A DNA stretch of 62,261 nt, the filler included, from Circinaria calcarea (taxonomy: Eukaryota), in the NCBI GenBank assembly GCA_051942165.1. It is 19 parts of 19 records of this genome, joined end to end, with 100 filler letters (N's around TTAATTAATTAA, not from the genome) between each part and the next. Parts side by side here need not be neighbours in the genome. Positions count along the whole stretch, not along the records: positions 39,450 to 42,627 come from JAVECS010002993.1; positions 42,728 to 45,904 come from JAVECS010002994.1; positions 46,005 to 49,181 come from JAVECS010002995.1; positions 49,282 to 52,453 come from JAVECS010002996.1; 15 more parts are not named here. One strand, 5' to 3'. The position numbers and the translations under genes were made by a program. Shown in pieces: positions 39,826 through 51,111 of the stretch. The notes beneath the pieces were generated by a model. That model ran no database searches, was not told the origin of the DNA, and saw only the letters and a program-made list of their open reading frames with translations. The stretch's first letter is position 1. Every line of letters starts with the position of its first letter.

Positions 39826-40049
39826 GAGTTAGGTAGTGAACGTAATGACGGAAGGAGGAAGAAAGAACGGTTCAGATATATTTTTAGAAAATAACATTGC
39901 ATATGTCCAGTAAATGTCTTCCCAGTTGAGATATTCTTAATCCTTGTTGCTTTGGCGCCAAGAAATCGCGGTTATAACTCCGCGCCATAGTGGCTGCCAC
40001 GAACAAAAATTGCAAGCAATCTCTCATCACCGTTTCTGTAGAAGCAACC

Positions 40050-40797
40050 ATGTTAAGTAACACAATCAGTCACGCCATTTCACGGCGTAAATTCGCCGTG
40101 ACAATAAGCCTCAGGCGCTTTTCATTGATTTCTATCCACAACAAAGTACCGGCCACATTGTATCGACTGCAGTCACAACCCGGGTCCGGGCTCTTCAGTT
40201 ACAAGACACAAAAGGCCGAAGATATCGAGGATGGCGTGGCGGTATCGGAAGATGGAATGGTCTACCCCAATATATCGACAGATATCCCATGTACCACGAA
40301 CTTGCCTTTATCCTTCTTGCTGTATGTTAATTCTTTACAGTCTCAAACGGAGCCGTCCTGATGCCCAATACCTTCACAATGCAAGAATGGATGCGAGGCT
40401 GTTATGACTCTTACATCGAAGAGTCGAAACCGGATCAGGTTTTGGATCTCGTGGTGCTTCGCATACCGAAGGGTGGGAGTTTCGAAGTCTATGGCGTGAA
40501 GCTTGTTAACATATATTCAGGCACCTCAATACCGAGCTCCCTAGTGCTCTTTCGGGAGTACTCTGCCCGATTTTCTATCCAACCTTCGTACCCTAGACCA
40601 TTGAGAAGTATGCACTATGGCTTTATTATACCCATGGCCGCTCTTGCTAACCAGTGACTCGCGTAGGCCTTAACGATACTCTAAGTGACTTCTACTCTCG
40701 ATATGCTGTTGCGACTAAGGCGGAAGAATGGATGGTCAACAACGAGTATCATATGGCCATTGCAGATGATGCTACAGAAAGTTGGATGTCTCAATAA
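40050..40797 (+). CDS. Tse2-like ADP-ribosyltransferase-domain protein, 4 exons (introns 40291-40340, 40473-40520, 40608-40666)
   Basis: PATLYRLQ..SNGAVLMPNTFTMQE..IPKGTSIPSSLVLFRE..FSIQPSYP..LNDTLSDFY; all three GT-AG introns preserve the frame. Confidence 0.72.
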
Positions 40798-40956
40798 ACA
40801 AACGCTGGACAACTGCGACGGCTGGTTAAATATGAGAAGCTGAAACAAGCGCAGACCCAACATGAGCCTTACGCATTAACACTACCAAGCACATAAATCA
40901 CTGCTAATTGCAGGCTCCTCTACCCAATGCCCTTTAGGTATCAATCATATCTACTC

Positions 40957-41323
40957 CGGGAAATTGCAATTTCATACCCCACCCCAAAATTTCAGGGGGT
41001 ACTCGGAAGAACACACCGCTGTCAGGAGGGTATTAGCCTAAGAACCCGTCCCGAGGTTAATAGGCTAAGTTCACTATCGCGGTTTTCAGTAGGTCGCTGT
41101 CGCACTGTGTCGCTCTCGCATTTATATCGCAATGCCAGTGTGTCGCAATGCCACTGGCGACAGTGACCTCTGCGACAGTGATCTCTGCGATAGTAGGTCT
41201 TTACGGCAGTGGCAGCGACCTTCCGTAATGATCTTAATAATAGCCACCTTGCACTAACAGAAGGTCAATCACTAGAATTTGGGGGTGGGGTATGATTTCG
41301 GGGTATGAAATTGCAATTTTCCG
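40957..41323. mobile_element. MITE-like non-autonomous DNA transposon with terminal inverted repeats
   Basis: Left end CGGGAAATTGCAATTTCATACCCCACCCCAAAATT; right end AATTTGGGGGTGGGGTATGA-TTTC-GGGGTATGAAATTGCAATTTTCCG followed by TA; no transposase. Confidence 0.78.
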
Positions 41324-42264
41324 TATTTAGTCAAGCAAAAGTACCCGTATCTATCAAATGTGTCGGCGAGAAAATAGCATAAGGTTTTTGCAGTGCATTT
41401 GTTGTTTTATTGTAGCAGTAGAAAGGAGGTGCATTACAGGGAGGGCGCTACGTCTTCAATAGGCTCAACGGTCCACGCCGTAATGTATGTATGATAAAGG
41501 CTACTGTAATACCTCCCTTAAGGCGTTGAGAAGAGCTTCGTCGGGAATAAGCAAATCACAGCTACTGTTCAATAGCTTTCTACTCCCAAAAATTCTGAGT
41601 GGAATGATTTCTAACTTTTGGGCGGGAACCCCTTGTTTAAAACTACAAACAATTGAGCACATTCCTCCGCGAGTTAGGAAACTGCCCCACAGTGTTACTC
41701 TGGTGGAATGGACCGTGCGTCTCGTGCACACTCCAGTCTCTGGTGCGTGCCAGCCTGGCTGACCAATCTCAACCTTGTATCCAAGAAACGCACGGTCCAT
41801 TCCGCCAGAGCAACATCTTAAGGGATAGAACACCATGCGTGTAGAGAGTAAAGAGCTAGAAGAAGAAGAAGAAGTGAAAACCGTGTGTAACGTGTAGAGG
41901 GAACGCTCGGGGGATGGCTGAGCCCAATTAGCGCTGTTTCCCCGCTATCTTCTCCAAGCACTCCGACCATAGTCATCCAGACTTAATGGTAACGATTTAC
42001 AATCGGGCTACTACACCCCTACCAACTAAAGTACTTTGTTTCTCAGACAAAGCAACATGAGCAAATGATGGTGGGCAAGATCTGCTCATAAGCTTCCTTT
42101 ACCCTCACTCGGCTCCTTGGTAAGTTGAAAGATTCGGGCTAGGTTCGATAGAAGGATCTTCGCACCAGCAGCTCTCCGCGCGCAGTAGCACAACTTAACG
42201 GACGAATCGATAGGGAGATTAGTCCTGCTATGCACATCAAAGGTTCCTTTGGAATCCTAGCATT

Positions 42265-42627
42265 ATGAAATCATCCAGGGCTGAATCCAAACCAACCCCT
42301 TGTCCTCAAACCATCGAAGCCCGCACCGCCATCACCGCCTCCCTCTCCTCCATCGGCTCTCACCTCGACACCAGCCTCCAAACCCGCGCCCAAGACATCC
42401 ACTCCAACGCCACCGTCATCTCCAAACAGCAAGGCGACATCGCCAAGCAAACGGCGGCCTTGGCGAAGCAGAGCGCCCAGTACCAAAAGATTGCCGACGA
42501 GAGCCGGGAAAAGCTGAAGGAGATTGGGGACGTGCAGAATTGGGCGGAGATGATCGAGCGGGATCTGTTGGTGCTGGAGGAGACGATGAGAATTGTTGAG
42601 GAGGAGGAGGGGGGAGAGGGGGGAAAG
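42265..42627 (+). CDS. BLOC-1 subunit 1 (BLOC1S1/GCN5L1 family)
   Basis: LKEIGDVQNWAEMIERDLLVLEETM signature. Confidence 0.9.
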
Positions 42628-42822
42628 NNNNNNNNNNNNNNNNNNNNNNNNNNNNNNNNNNNNNNNNNNNNTTAATTAATTAANNNNNNNNNNNNNNNNN
42701 NNNNNNNNNNNNNNNNNNNNNNNNNNNAGGGGAAGGGGAAGTGGAGAGTGAGAACGTGGAGGGAGCAGGGGGAATTGGTCTGAGGGATGAATGGGTTGGC
42801 TGACTTGTGCAATTGGGGATAG

Positions 42823-43195
42823 CCACAACCGCTTGCGGCGATTGAGTTGATCCATAAGCAGCCGGTTCGGTGGACGGATAAGCGGATAGTATCTTGTGAT
42901 GGGGGAGGAGGGCCGTTGGGGCATCCGAGGATCTTTATCAATGTCGACAAGCCGCAGATTGTTGGATGCGGTTACTGTGGATTGCCTTTTGTGAGTTTTG
43001 CCCGTGGACAATTACTATCTACGTTTAGTGACGGTCATGGGCTGGGCTAATTGCGGATCTTAAAAGGCACATAATCATCACCGCAAATTACTGGAAAGTC
43101 AGCCTTCTACGAGTTATCCGCTTAAGCCGTTAGGGGATCCTGCGGAAGTATCCGAATCACAAAGAGTGTCTGATGAGCCATTGGGGCAGCGGTAG
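42823..43195 (+). CDS. NDUFS6: Complex I zinc-binding subunit NDUFS6/NUMM, last two exons (42823-42990, 43067-43195)
   Basis: AAIELIHKQPVR..CDGGGGPLGHPRIFINVDKP..CGYCGLPF (zf-CHCC). Confidence 0.95.
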
Positions 43196-43338
43196 AAAAC
43201 ATTGATTGGTTTGACGAGTGGAGACGGAAGTAATCTCCCAAGAAAGCATTGCTTGTATATATGCAAGGGGTATCGTCGTCCTATAGAAAGAAAATATTCG
43301 TTACGCCATAACTAAACGTGAAATGTACCTCGGTGCTT

Positions 43339-44304
43339 TTATTTCACCTCTCGTACTAGGTTCCGTGTCCAAGTCCCTATCCAGGCATCGGCATACTCAA
43401 TCTCTTCTTTAATTCTTGCCCTCCGCAAGTTATTGGCTTCTTGCTTAGTCTGCATTTCCGCCAGGTTCTTCCTCCACGTTTCGATTTTCTCATGATATTC
43501 ATCACGCTTTCCGTACACTTCCAAAGCTTCCTCTAAAACATTTACCCGCAAGCTTGGATTCCACTCTACCCCTACCCCAAGCTCCGGCCGTTGCGGCAGC
43601 CACTCCGCCACGAAATCTCGATACAGAGGTCTCTGGACCATCCTCTTCCGATCATTGGCTTTCAGCGTCTCGCGAAGGTACGTGTCCCGTCGGAAGAGTC
43701 TCATACCCGCGGCATACCGATACAGTTCGTCGACCGTCCCGAACGGCCGCCAATACCTTTCCGGATCCAAGCCCAGGAACTCCAACACCGAACCCGGGTC
43801 GGACGTCAGATGCAGCAGGCTCTTCTTCCGGTCCACATCTTCGATCTCGCGGATCCGCAGGTGCAGCCCTTGGTCGTTGGCTGTCAGCCCAAACGGTCGG
43901 ATCGACGTCCCCAGCAGATTCCATAGGTCGCCGTGCGAATGGGTGAAGAGCTCCCAGCGGAATTTGTGAGCAGGGCACACGCTCACGTCCAGCTGCACAT
44001 GGTCGCTTGCCGATCCGGGGTAGGGTACGGCGTAGGAACGCGAGCCGCCGTTTTTGACCGTGTCTGTTGCGTCGAGGGCGACACATAGGGATGCGGGTGA
44101 GGGATCGGTGGATAGGGGGATGGAGACTAATATATCGATATCTCCGTGTGATTTCTTTTCCGGGGCGTCAATAGGTGAGGCGACTTGAGTGTATAGGGTA
44201 GAGAGCAGCGCTATGTATTTTTCGCGGAGGGGCTGGTAGACTGATAGGGGCATCCGGGGTGTTGACAAAGGGGGGATTATGTGGCTGAAGGCTTTGCCGC
44301 CCAT
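43339..44304 (-). CDS. Uncharacterised Pol-beta-superfamily nucleotidyltransferase-like protein (probable start MGGKAF)
   Basis: MGGKAF..RMP..Y, EKKSHGDIDILV (GDxD), VQLDV third Asp, HSHGDLWNLLG and NDRKR..RPLY; intronless, 321 aa. Confidence 0.75.
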   Translation of the reverse strand: MGGKAFSHIIPPLSTPRMPLSVYQPLREKYIALLSTLYTQVASPIDAPEKKSHGDIDILVSIPLSTDPSPASLCVALDATDTVKNGGSRSYAVPYPGSASDHVQLDVSVCPAHKFRWELFTHSHGDLWNLLGTSIRPFGLTANDQGLHLRIREIEDVDRKKSLLHLTSDPGSVLEFLGLDPERYWRPFGTVDELYRYAAGMRLFRRDTYLRETLKANDRKRMVQRPLYRDFVAEWLPQRPELGVGVEWNPSLRVNVLEEALEVYGKRDEYHEKIETWRKNLAEMQTKQEANNLRRARIKEEIEYADAWIGTWTRNLVREVK

Positions 44305-46004
44305 TTTTGGGAGTTCGGAGAGTGGAAGTGAATAGTATAATTCAATGTGTGGGAAACCTAAGGAATGGACTTTTTCAAGATAAAAAAAATTGAGAAACGT
44401 TAAGAAGTGTAGATGTGACTCAAACTCGAGATTAGACATTATAGTCGGCATTTAAATCTTCCATGACATATCCAACGCCCATAGCGGGTGTCTTCCGGTC
44501 TTTGTCCAGGAAGATCTCAGCTTCCGGAACTCCGAAAATCAAAGCTACAATACACCATGGCCGGAGATGCTTCCGGAAGCCCATCTCCCTTAACTTATGA
44601 AGGAGAACGACGGTCATCGTGATCGCTTCCTAGCTACGAAGTACAAGCCGATGAAGAAAGCGACCGATATTCATCGCCCTCGTCCCGCATCAATATGTAC
44701 AACCTTCGAAACATTCAATTATCAAGTGTTAGGCCGGAGCACAGAGTTTTTATGAAGCGCTGCATTGGTACTCCATACGGTATTCGATCACTGCCCTGGT
44801 ACCTTCCTCAAAGTCTCTCAAGATATCGTGCTGACGTTCCCCTTTTATGCTAACGGATGTACTCATTCTAGTCCTATACCTTTAACCTAACCCAGGAATC
44901 GGGCGGCTTGCTGTATTAATATGAGCAATATGAGCAATAGAGTATCTCCGCCCCATGGGTCTCTACATGTTGTTTGCGGCAAACCTGCTCTAACCAACAT
45001 TCTAAGGCGCAAACGTTATGTCTCTGATTGCTCATGAAGTGAATGAACGGTTCGAAGACAATATTTTGGCAAAGACATTTTTGCCAAGGAGATAGGTTGA
45101 CGGAAACAACTGGTTCGGTATGGACGGCCACCCAGTACGAGTTATAGTACTAAATGGCCCAATGAAGCGGGAAGCTACTTTCGAATCTCGATGAACAAAG
45201 AGCGTGAAGACCATACTGTCGCACACCAAGCTTTACTTGATAAGCTTGAATTGTGGGGATTAAGCCTGGAAATATGCGGAGCCGTTTCGTATGGTTTGGT
45301 CTTAGTGGCAGCTTTGACAGTGGTGACAATTCAGCGACGGAATGGGAGAGTCAATAGCCTCTGACCCATTGGAACGGATGTTTTGTAATAAGGGGGAGAC
45401 ACTCCTAGAAGGCGGATGGATTAGCGAATCTTCTCGGAGATGGACTCCATTCCAGGCAGTCAATGTTCTTTTACTACAGCTCACTACACGCTTCGGCTTT
45501 GCTTAAACGGTACTACCCGTTCAACAATGAAGATACAACCAAGGCAATAGGCGCATCGATTTTAGTGCCCGAAAGTGTAGGACACAGACAGATGAGAGGC
45601 TCTTGTGTTTGGATAACATGGGAGAGGTCTGATCGGAAAAGGATACTTAGAGTAGCTATTTGTAAAGAGGTTGGTTCGGATGAACTCTGCTTTGTCTGAC
45701 TGCCGCAGCGTATCGGGGGCGTGGGTCTTGGTCTACGCAATCATACCGTCAGAGTTGCCACTGCTTATGGTAACACGTCTCGCGTTACGACTGCCTATGG
45801 GCCGATCTTACATGATACGTCCCCGTAGATTTTGGAAGTCGTTCATGCAGTGTAAAAGTCGAGCTGAGGCCGTTGGTAAAACTTGCCACTTTCCATGTTA
45901 TCTTNNNNNNNNNNNNNNNNNNNNNNNNNNNNNNNNNNNNNNNNNNNNTTAATTAATTAANNNNNNNNNNNNNNNNNNNNNNNNNNNNNNNNNNNNNNNN
46001 NNNN

Positions 46005-46221
46005 GGATTATAGTCGCGGAGCAGCGCCGGACCAGTGGAGGATTCCGTCGCTGGCGGTGCAGGCGGAGTTTGCAGCCAGTGCAACAAAGATGCTGCAGAG
46101 CTTGCCGTACGTGGAGAGGTATGCGTGGTTTGCGCTGTCGGATAACATCAATCAGCCTAATACGGTCTTGTATCAGCAAGGGGTTATAACGGAGGTAGGA
46201 AAGGCTTATTTGACGGTTTAA
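46005..46221 (+). CDS. GH128/Asl1-like beta-1,3-glucanase, C-terminal fragment; not in the ORF track
   Basis: QAEFAASATKMLQSLPYVERYAWF..ITEVGKAY. Confidence 0.8.
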
Positions 46222-46458
46222 CGGCGCGGATGTATACATTTATAACCAGACGGTTCTAATTCCTAAGTATCTTGCAACTTACATAGCTTAGATCCGCTTG
46301 CATCAAACAGACATGCTCAGGCGTCTACAGCGTAGCAACCATTAACGCACCGTTCATTGATAACCGAAGATTACCTGGAGTAGCAACCAGTCACATTATA
46401 ACAAGAGAGCCCAACAGCACGATATCATGGCGTTGTATCTCGCTGGCGGGCTCCCTCT

Positions 46459-48643
46459 CTACCTCCTAAAAGCTCCCAATCCCCCTTCATATTCCCTCAA
46501 GGCCGCAAGAGCCTCCATTCTCCTCGCGTGTTCACGCTCAGGCACCACTTCGATTGCTCCCCTTCCTTGCATACGTGCCACCGGCGCCCGGTACCAAGCA
46601 GCTCCGAACCTGGCAGCAGCTAGGAACTCGGCATCCACCGGTAGCCGCGCTCTCTCCCCTGCCTCCCGATCAAAGAAACCCCCGTGCGCCTCAGTCATGT
46701 GCTTATAGGTTTCCCCACTGTCTTTAAACGCGCGCAGACAGGTCCAGCAGAAATGGGTCGAGCAGGCCCAGCAGTGCGTGTGATTGCAGCCGGCCCCCTT
46801 TTGAATCGGTACCGCGCATTTCGGGCAGTCCTTGACGCCGTTTTGGGACTTCCATTCCTGGAAGGCGGCATTGCCGGTGAGCGTGTCTTGGTATTGCTCA
46901 CATGTCTTGCCGTCGTGGTGAGGGTACTGGCAGGAAAGACAGGCGCTGGAGAAGCAGGAGGGACAGATGAAGGGTTTGTCATCTGTTGGCTGGCGGTAGA
47001 GGTGGTTGCAGTCGGGTGTGGGACAGTAGCGGAGTGTGGTTGAGTGTTTGCGGATGTAGGATTCCAACGACATGCGTAGGAGACTCTCAAAAGTGTGGGC
47101 GGGAATAGCTGTTTGTAGCTCCACCAAGTCGAGAGGCTTGCCACACGCTCCACCGAGGCCCAGACACCGAATCGGAAAGTTTTCGGTGGTGTTGGAACAT
47201 TGGTCGCTAAGACATGCTCTGCAATACACGTGCTCGCAACTGGTGAGATATGGATCTGAAGCTTCGCTCAAGCAAACTGGGCACTCAGCGCCAGGATACT
47301 TTAGAACTTCGATAGCCTCCTTACTCATCTTGGCTTCGGCCTCCACTGCTTGTACTTTCATGACCAGGATATCGATACAATGCTGACGGTTATCACTGGC
47401 GCCGTGGCGGGCGTATAGAGCCAGACGACATCTCTTCTTATCTCGATAGATGAAGCAGGCATTCCGTATCCCCAATTTCCCAAGCCACTCGAGTCCTTCC
47501 GGCGTTGAGAAGTAGTCTGTCCAGATGGGAGAGTCGTCAGTTTTCGCAATCCTGCCTGCTAGCAGCTGCTCGATATCCCGTTTCAGTTGAGCCATTACCT
47601 CTGGCCCTTCACCACTGACCCGGAATGTCGCAAGGCCGTGTGTTGAATCGGGCATGCCTAGGCTCTCAAATCGGGCATGGACAGGTCCATCACGGCGCTC
47701 AACCACCAGAGTTAGAAGTTCATACTCGACCGCCCGAAAGATCCCGATGAAAACGGTGAATGTAATCGAAATGCGATGTCTGATCTTATAGTCGATCCCA
47801 TTTGGCCTGCGCTTCCTCGCGTCATCGAGTCCTTTCGTCGCTTTGCTTGCTTCCACCGCACAAGAAAATGTTGCAGCATACTCATCGTGAAGTGGGTCCC
47901 TGGTCCTATTGACAAGCTCAAGTTTTAATGCACCAAAGACGCAGAGGTCTCGGCAGAAAGGTTCATGGGAGTCCATTGGCGGGAGGGGTTTCAAGAAAAC
48001 TTTGGCCGGTTGACACCACAAAGGTAGACAAGACGCGATCGTGGTTGACGTAGTTCCAGGCTTTATATTCTTGCATTCTATTACATGGCATTCCGGAATT
48101 GGAAGCTCCATGTGCTCCACTTCTGGGGATTCTCCATGGCAAAGCCTACTTAAATCGGGCATTCGGATCGCGAACATGGCCAATCTTGCGGCCTTTTTGG
48201 TTTCGAACAGTAGTGTGACGGTATGGGAGGGCTTCGGCCATGCAATATGAATGGTTGCCATCTCAGGCTTCCCGTTTGAGGTAGTAGAGAAGTCGATATT
48301 ATGGACAATTGCGCCAGAAGCAAACGTGATAACGGCTCCAGAGAGGTCTCGTATAATATACTTGACATCTATCAGCTTAGATAGTGTAGCGGACAGTAAT
48401 ACTTACATCCTCGCCATATTGGTGTCCCAATTCTAGCCCCCTTGCGTTTTCTTCGCCGCTGCGTCTGTTCGTACAAGCGGCCCCAGACCTGCAACGATAG
48501 TGCTGCAAGCAACAGCAGGTACGATTTTCTTGTTGTAGTACTACATCGCTCTCAGAATTGAGAGACTCGGCCTTCTTATGCTCAACAAGGCTTAGGGAGT
48601 CTCGGGCACAGCAGCCACTGGCAAAATATTTGCATGTTTCCAT
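46459..48643 (-). CDS. RBR (RING-IBR-RING) E3 ubiquitin ligase with degenerate N-terminal CCCH fingers (intron 48361-48406)
   Basis: RING1 CPVC..CEHVYCRAC, IBR CPTPDC..CPSC, RING2 CPKC..GCNHTHC..CWTC. GTAAGT..CTGAT..AAG intron links ORF 48377-48643 in frame. Confidence 0.88.
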
Positions 48644-49817
48644 GAATAATTGAAAGGTGTAAATCGATGGCAGCAGGGAGAGTAATGGGGTTCAATTATT
48701 TATTTCTGAGGGTGTAGAAGCAGTCGTGATGGGGACGTATCACAAGTAAATGGAAGAGTTTAGGAAAAGTGTGTTATAGTGTTAGTGGAGGAAAGGTTCA
48801 TAAACCAGAAAGAAATCAACACTGGGACGTGCGTTTCTTTTTTAGTAGGTGACATAATTCAACACTAGTTCACTGCTTCAGGTGAATTCTATACCACTGC
48901 ACAATTAGAGTGCGGACCTTCTCGGTTAACCCTACCAGATTAGGGCCTATACAATCAAGAAAATGCTTCACTCGTAGTTAATTTGAGAGTCGATAACCCA
49001 TGTGTTTCCTTCCTCAACCTATGTTTAAGTAAACACCACACCCATTTTGAAATCCTACCTACTATCCCCTTGGACCTGGCCATGATGAACATGGCCAATA
49101 TGGGTATAGACATCTCTCGCATACTTGAAAACCGTCATACAGTCCCAACAGAAATGCATGCCACAACCTCCACATTGGGTANNNNNNNNNNNNNNNNNNN
49201 NNNNNNNNNNNNNNNNNNNNNNNNNTTAATTAATTAANNNNNNNNNNNNNNNNNNNNNNNNNNNNNNNNNNNNNNNNNNNNGGTCGTGGGAGAGGGGGGT
49301 TCGGTCGGTTGTGGTCGTTGCGGGCAGGAGAAATGCTATCGTGGTTGCTTAAATGGCTTATGCTCCAACATGTGGCATTCTGTCTATAAGTGATGGCTCC
49401 AATCAATACAAGCTAGAAGATCCAATCCATCCACATCCTCGTTTCCCAGCGTTTCCACCTTCTATCCTGCCCATCCATCCCGTCCATCCTAGCCATTCAC
49501 TTCCTCCCATTCTAGCCGAAAACCCAACCCCAACCCCAGAAACGACACTCCGCGGACGCAGCAAAACGGAGAAACGCCAGACCAGTATCAATTTCCAAAG
49601 AATGGTCTCGGCGGAAGACCGCAGGAGGGTATGTAGGAGCGTGGGGGGTTGGAAGGGTGGAAGAAGGGGGGCCTGGAGGAAAACTGGCTACGGTGCGCAT
49701 GGAAGGTTGAGCGATTGAGGTAGGAGGCCGCAGAGTCTGAGCGTTGCAAGTGATGTCTAGATTAATTAGGTATGCTGGAATGCCTGGGGGAAGGGGGAGG
49801 GGTGAGAGGAACTTCAG

Positions 49818-50939
49818 GTGACCGTTTACCTTTTACAGAAGGTAGTTGATCCGATTATAAAAAGAAATGACTTTGAAGCTCTTCATGCAATCCAACGAAG
49901 CTGTATGCTTCAACGTCAGAAATCCACTAAGATCAACGGCAAACCTATCGTTGATCTTCCACAGAAGACCATCGTGATGCACGCTGCCGAGTTCAATGAT
50001 TTAGAAGAGAGGATCTACGCCTACTTAAACACGATGGCGGCAGCGGAATTGAACGAATATTCAGGCGAGATGGGTCAATTCCTATCACTCTGGACTGCGA
50101 TATTGAGGATGCGGCAGACTTGCTGTGATGTACAGCTCCTTTTAGGAACAGATGTTGCTGAAAGTTTTAATAATCACGCTGCATTTAAAGCGGAGGAGTT
50201 CAAAGTTCCAGTTTTACCGAGGGAGCTTACTAGTACACTATCCTCACCCAAAGCTAAAATACCTGGACCCAAAATCCGAGTGCTTGTAAACCTTTTAGGA
50301 ACAGTTCGGTCCAAGGAGCCAGACGCGAGATTTTTGGTGTTTAGTGAATGAACGGATCTGCTGAGACTTTGCAAGCACCGTTTGCACAAGGACTACAAAT
50401 TATTTCTTTATGAGGGCTCATTGGACACAGGGGACCGGCAGGAGGCCGTGCAGGCATTCCAAAATGGAAAATACGATGGAATGCTATTAATTCTCGGGGC
50501 TGGGGGTCAGGGGTTGACGCTGACATGTGCTCAGCACGTGTTTATTCTAACACCGTCTTGGAACCCAGGGAAAGAAGCGCAGGCAGAAGACCGGGCGTAT
50601 AGGATCGGACAGACGAAACCCGTCGTTGTTTATCGGATTATCCTAAGGGAGCGACGGACATTAATCAAGGGAACGCAGCTGAAATCGACCACCGTGGAGG
50701 ATTATATACTCGCCAAGCAGCAAATGAAGAGATCGTGGGCGGCGGGAGCTGCGGGCACTGCGTCGATGGGAAACGAGACCAAGAGGTCCATCGGACTGAC
50801 TTTAACTGACTTTAGAGCTATTCTAGAAAGTGCCGGGCCATCTGAGAAGGAGAAGAGAATGGATTTTGACGACGATGAGGCTGCGGGCCCTTACATGGAC
50901 GAAGATGAGGAGTTTTTTGGGGACAGCGACGAGTATTAG
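49818..50939 (+). pseudogene. SNF2-family helicase (Rad5/Rad16-like) C-terminal half with in-frame TGA at 50349-50351
   Basis: MLQRQK, LRMRQTC, LVFSE*T, YEGS, GGQGLTLTCA and WNPGKEAQAEDRAYRIGQTKPV motifs; no N-terminal ATPase lobe visible upstream. Confidence 0.85.
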
Positions 50940-51111
50940 AGCCTTCAAGCTCTAAAACATTTACAGCGTAACTTAGGACCTTCTACTCCGTCTGTATGTT
51001 ATTACTGCTTGTGTGGTGGAGACGGTAGTCGCTAGATCAAAAACGTTGGGTTTTCATTTAGTTTCGGCGCAAGCATAGAAGGATTCGGGAGTTAGGAGGG
51101 CACATATTTGA

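Noticed and set aside
50349..50351. Programmed readthrough or TGA=Trp recoding in the SNF2 gene
   Set aside because: Other genes here use TGA as a normal stop and the helicase also lacks its N-terminal lobe; a point mutation is simpler.
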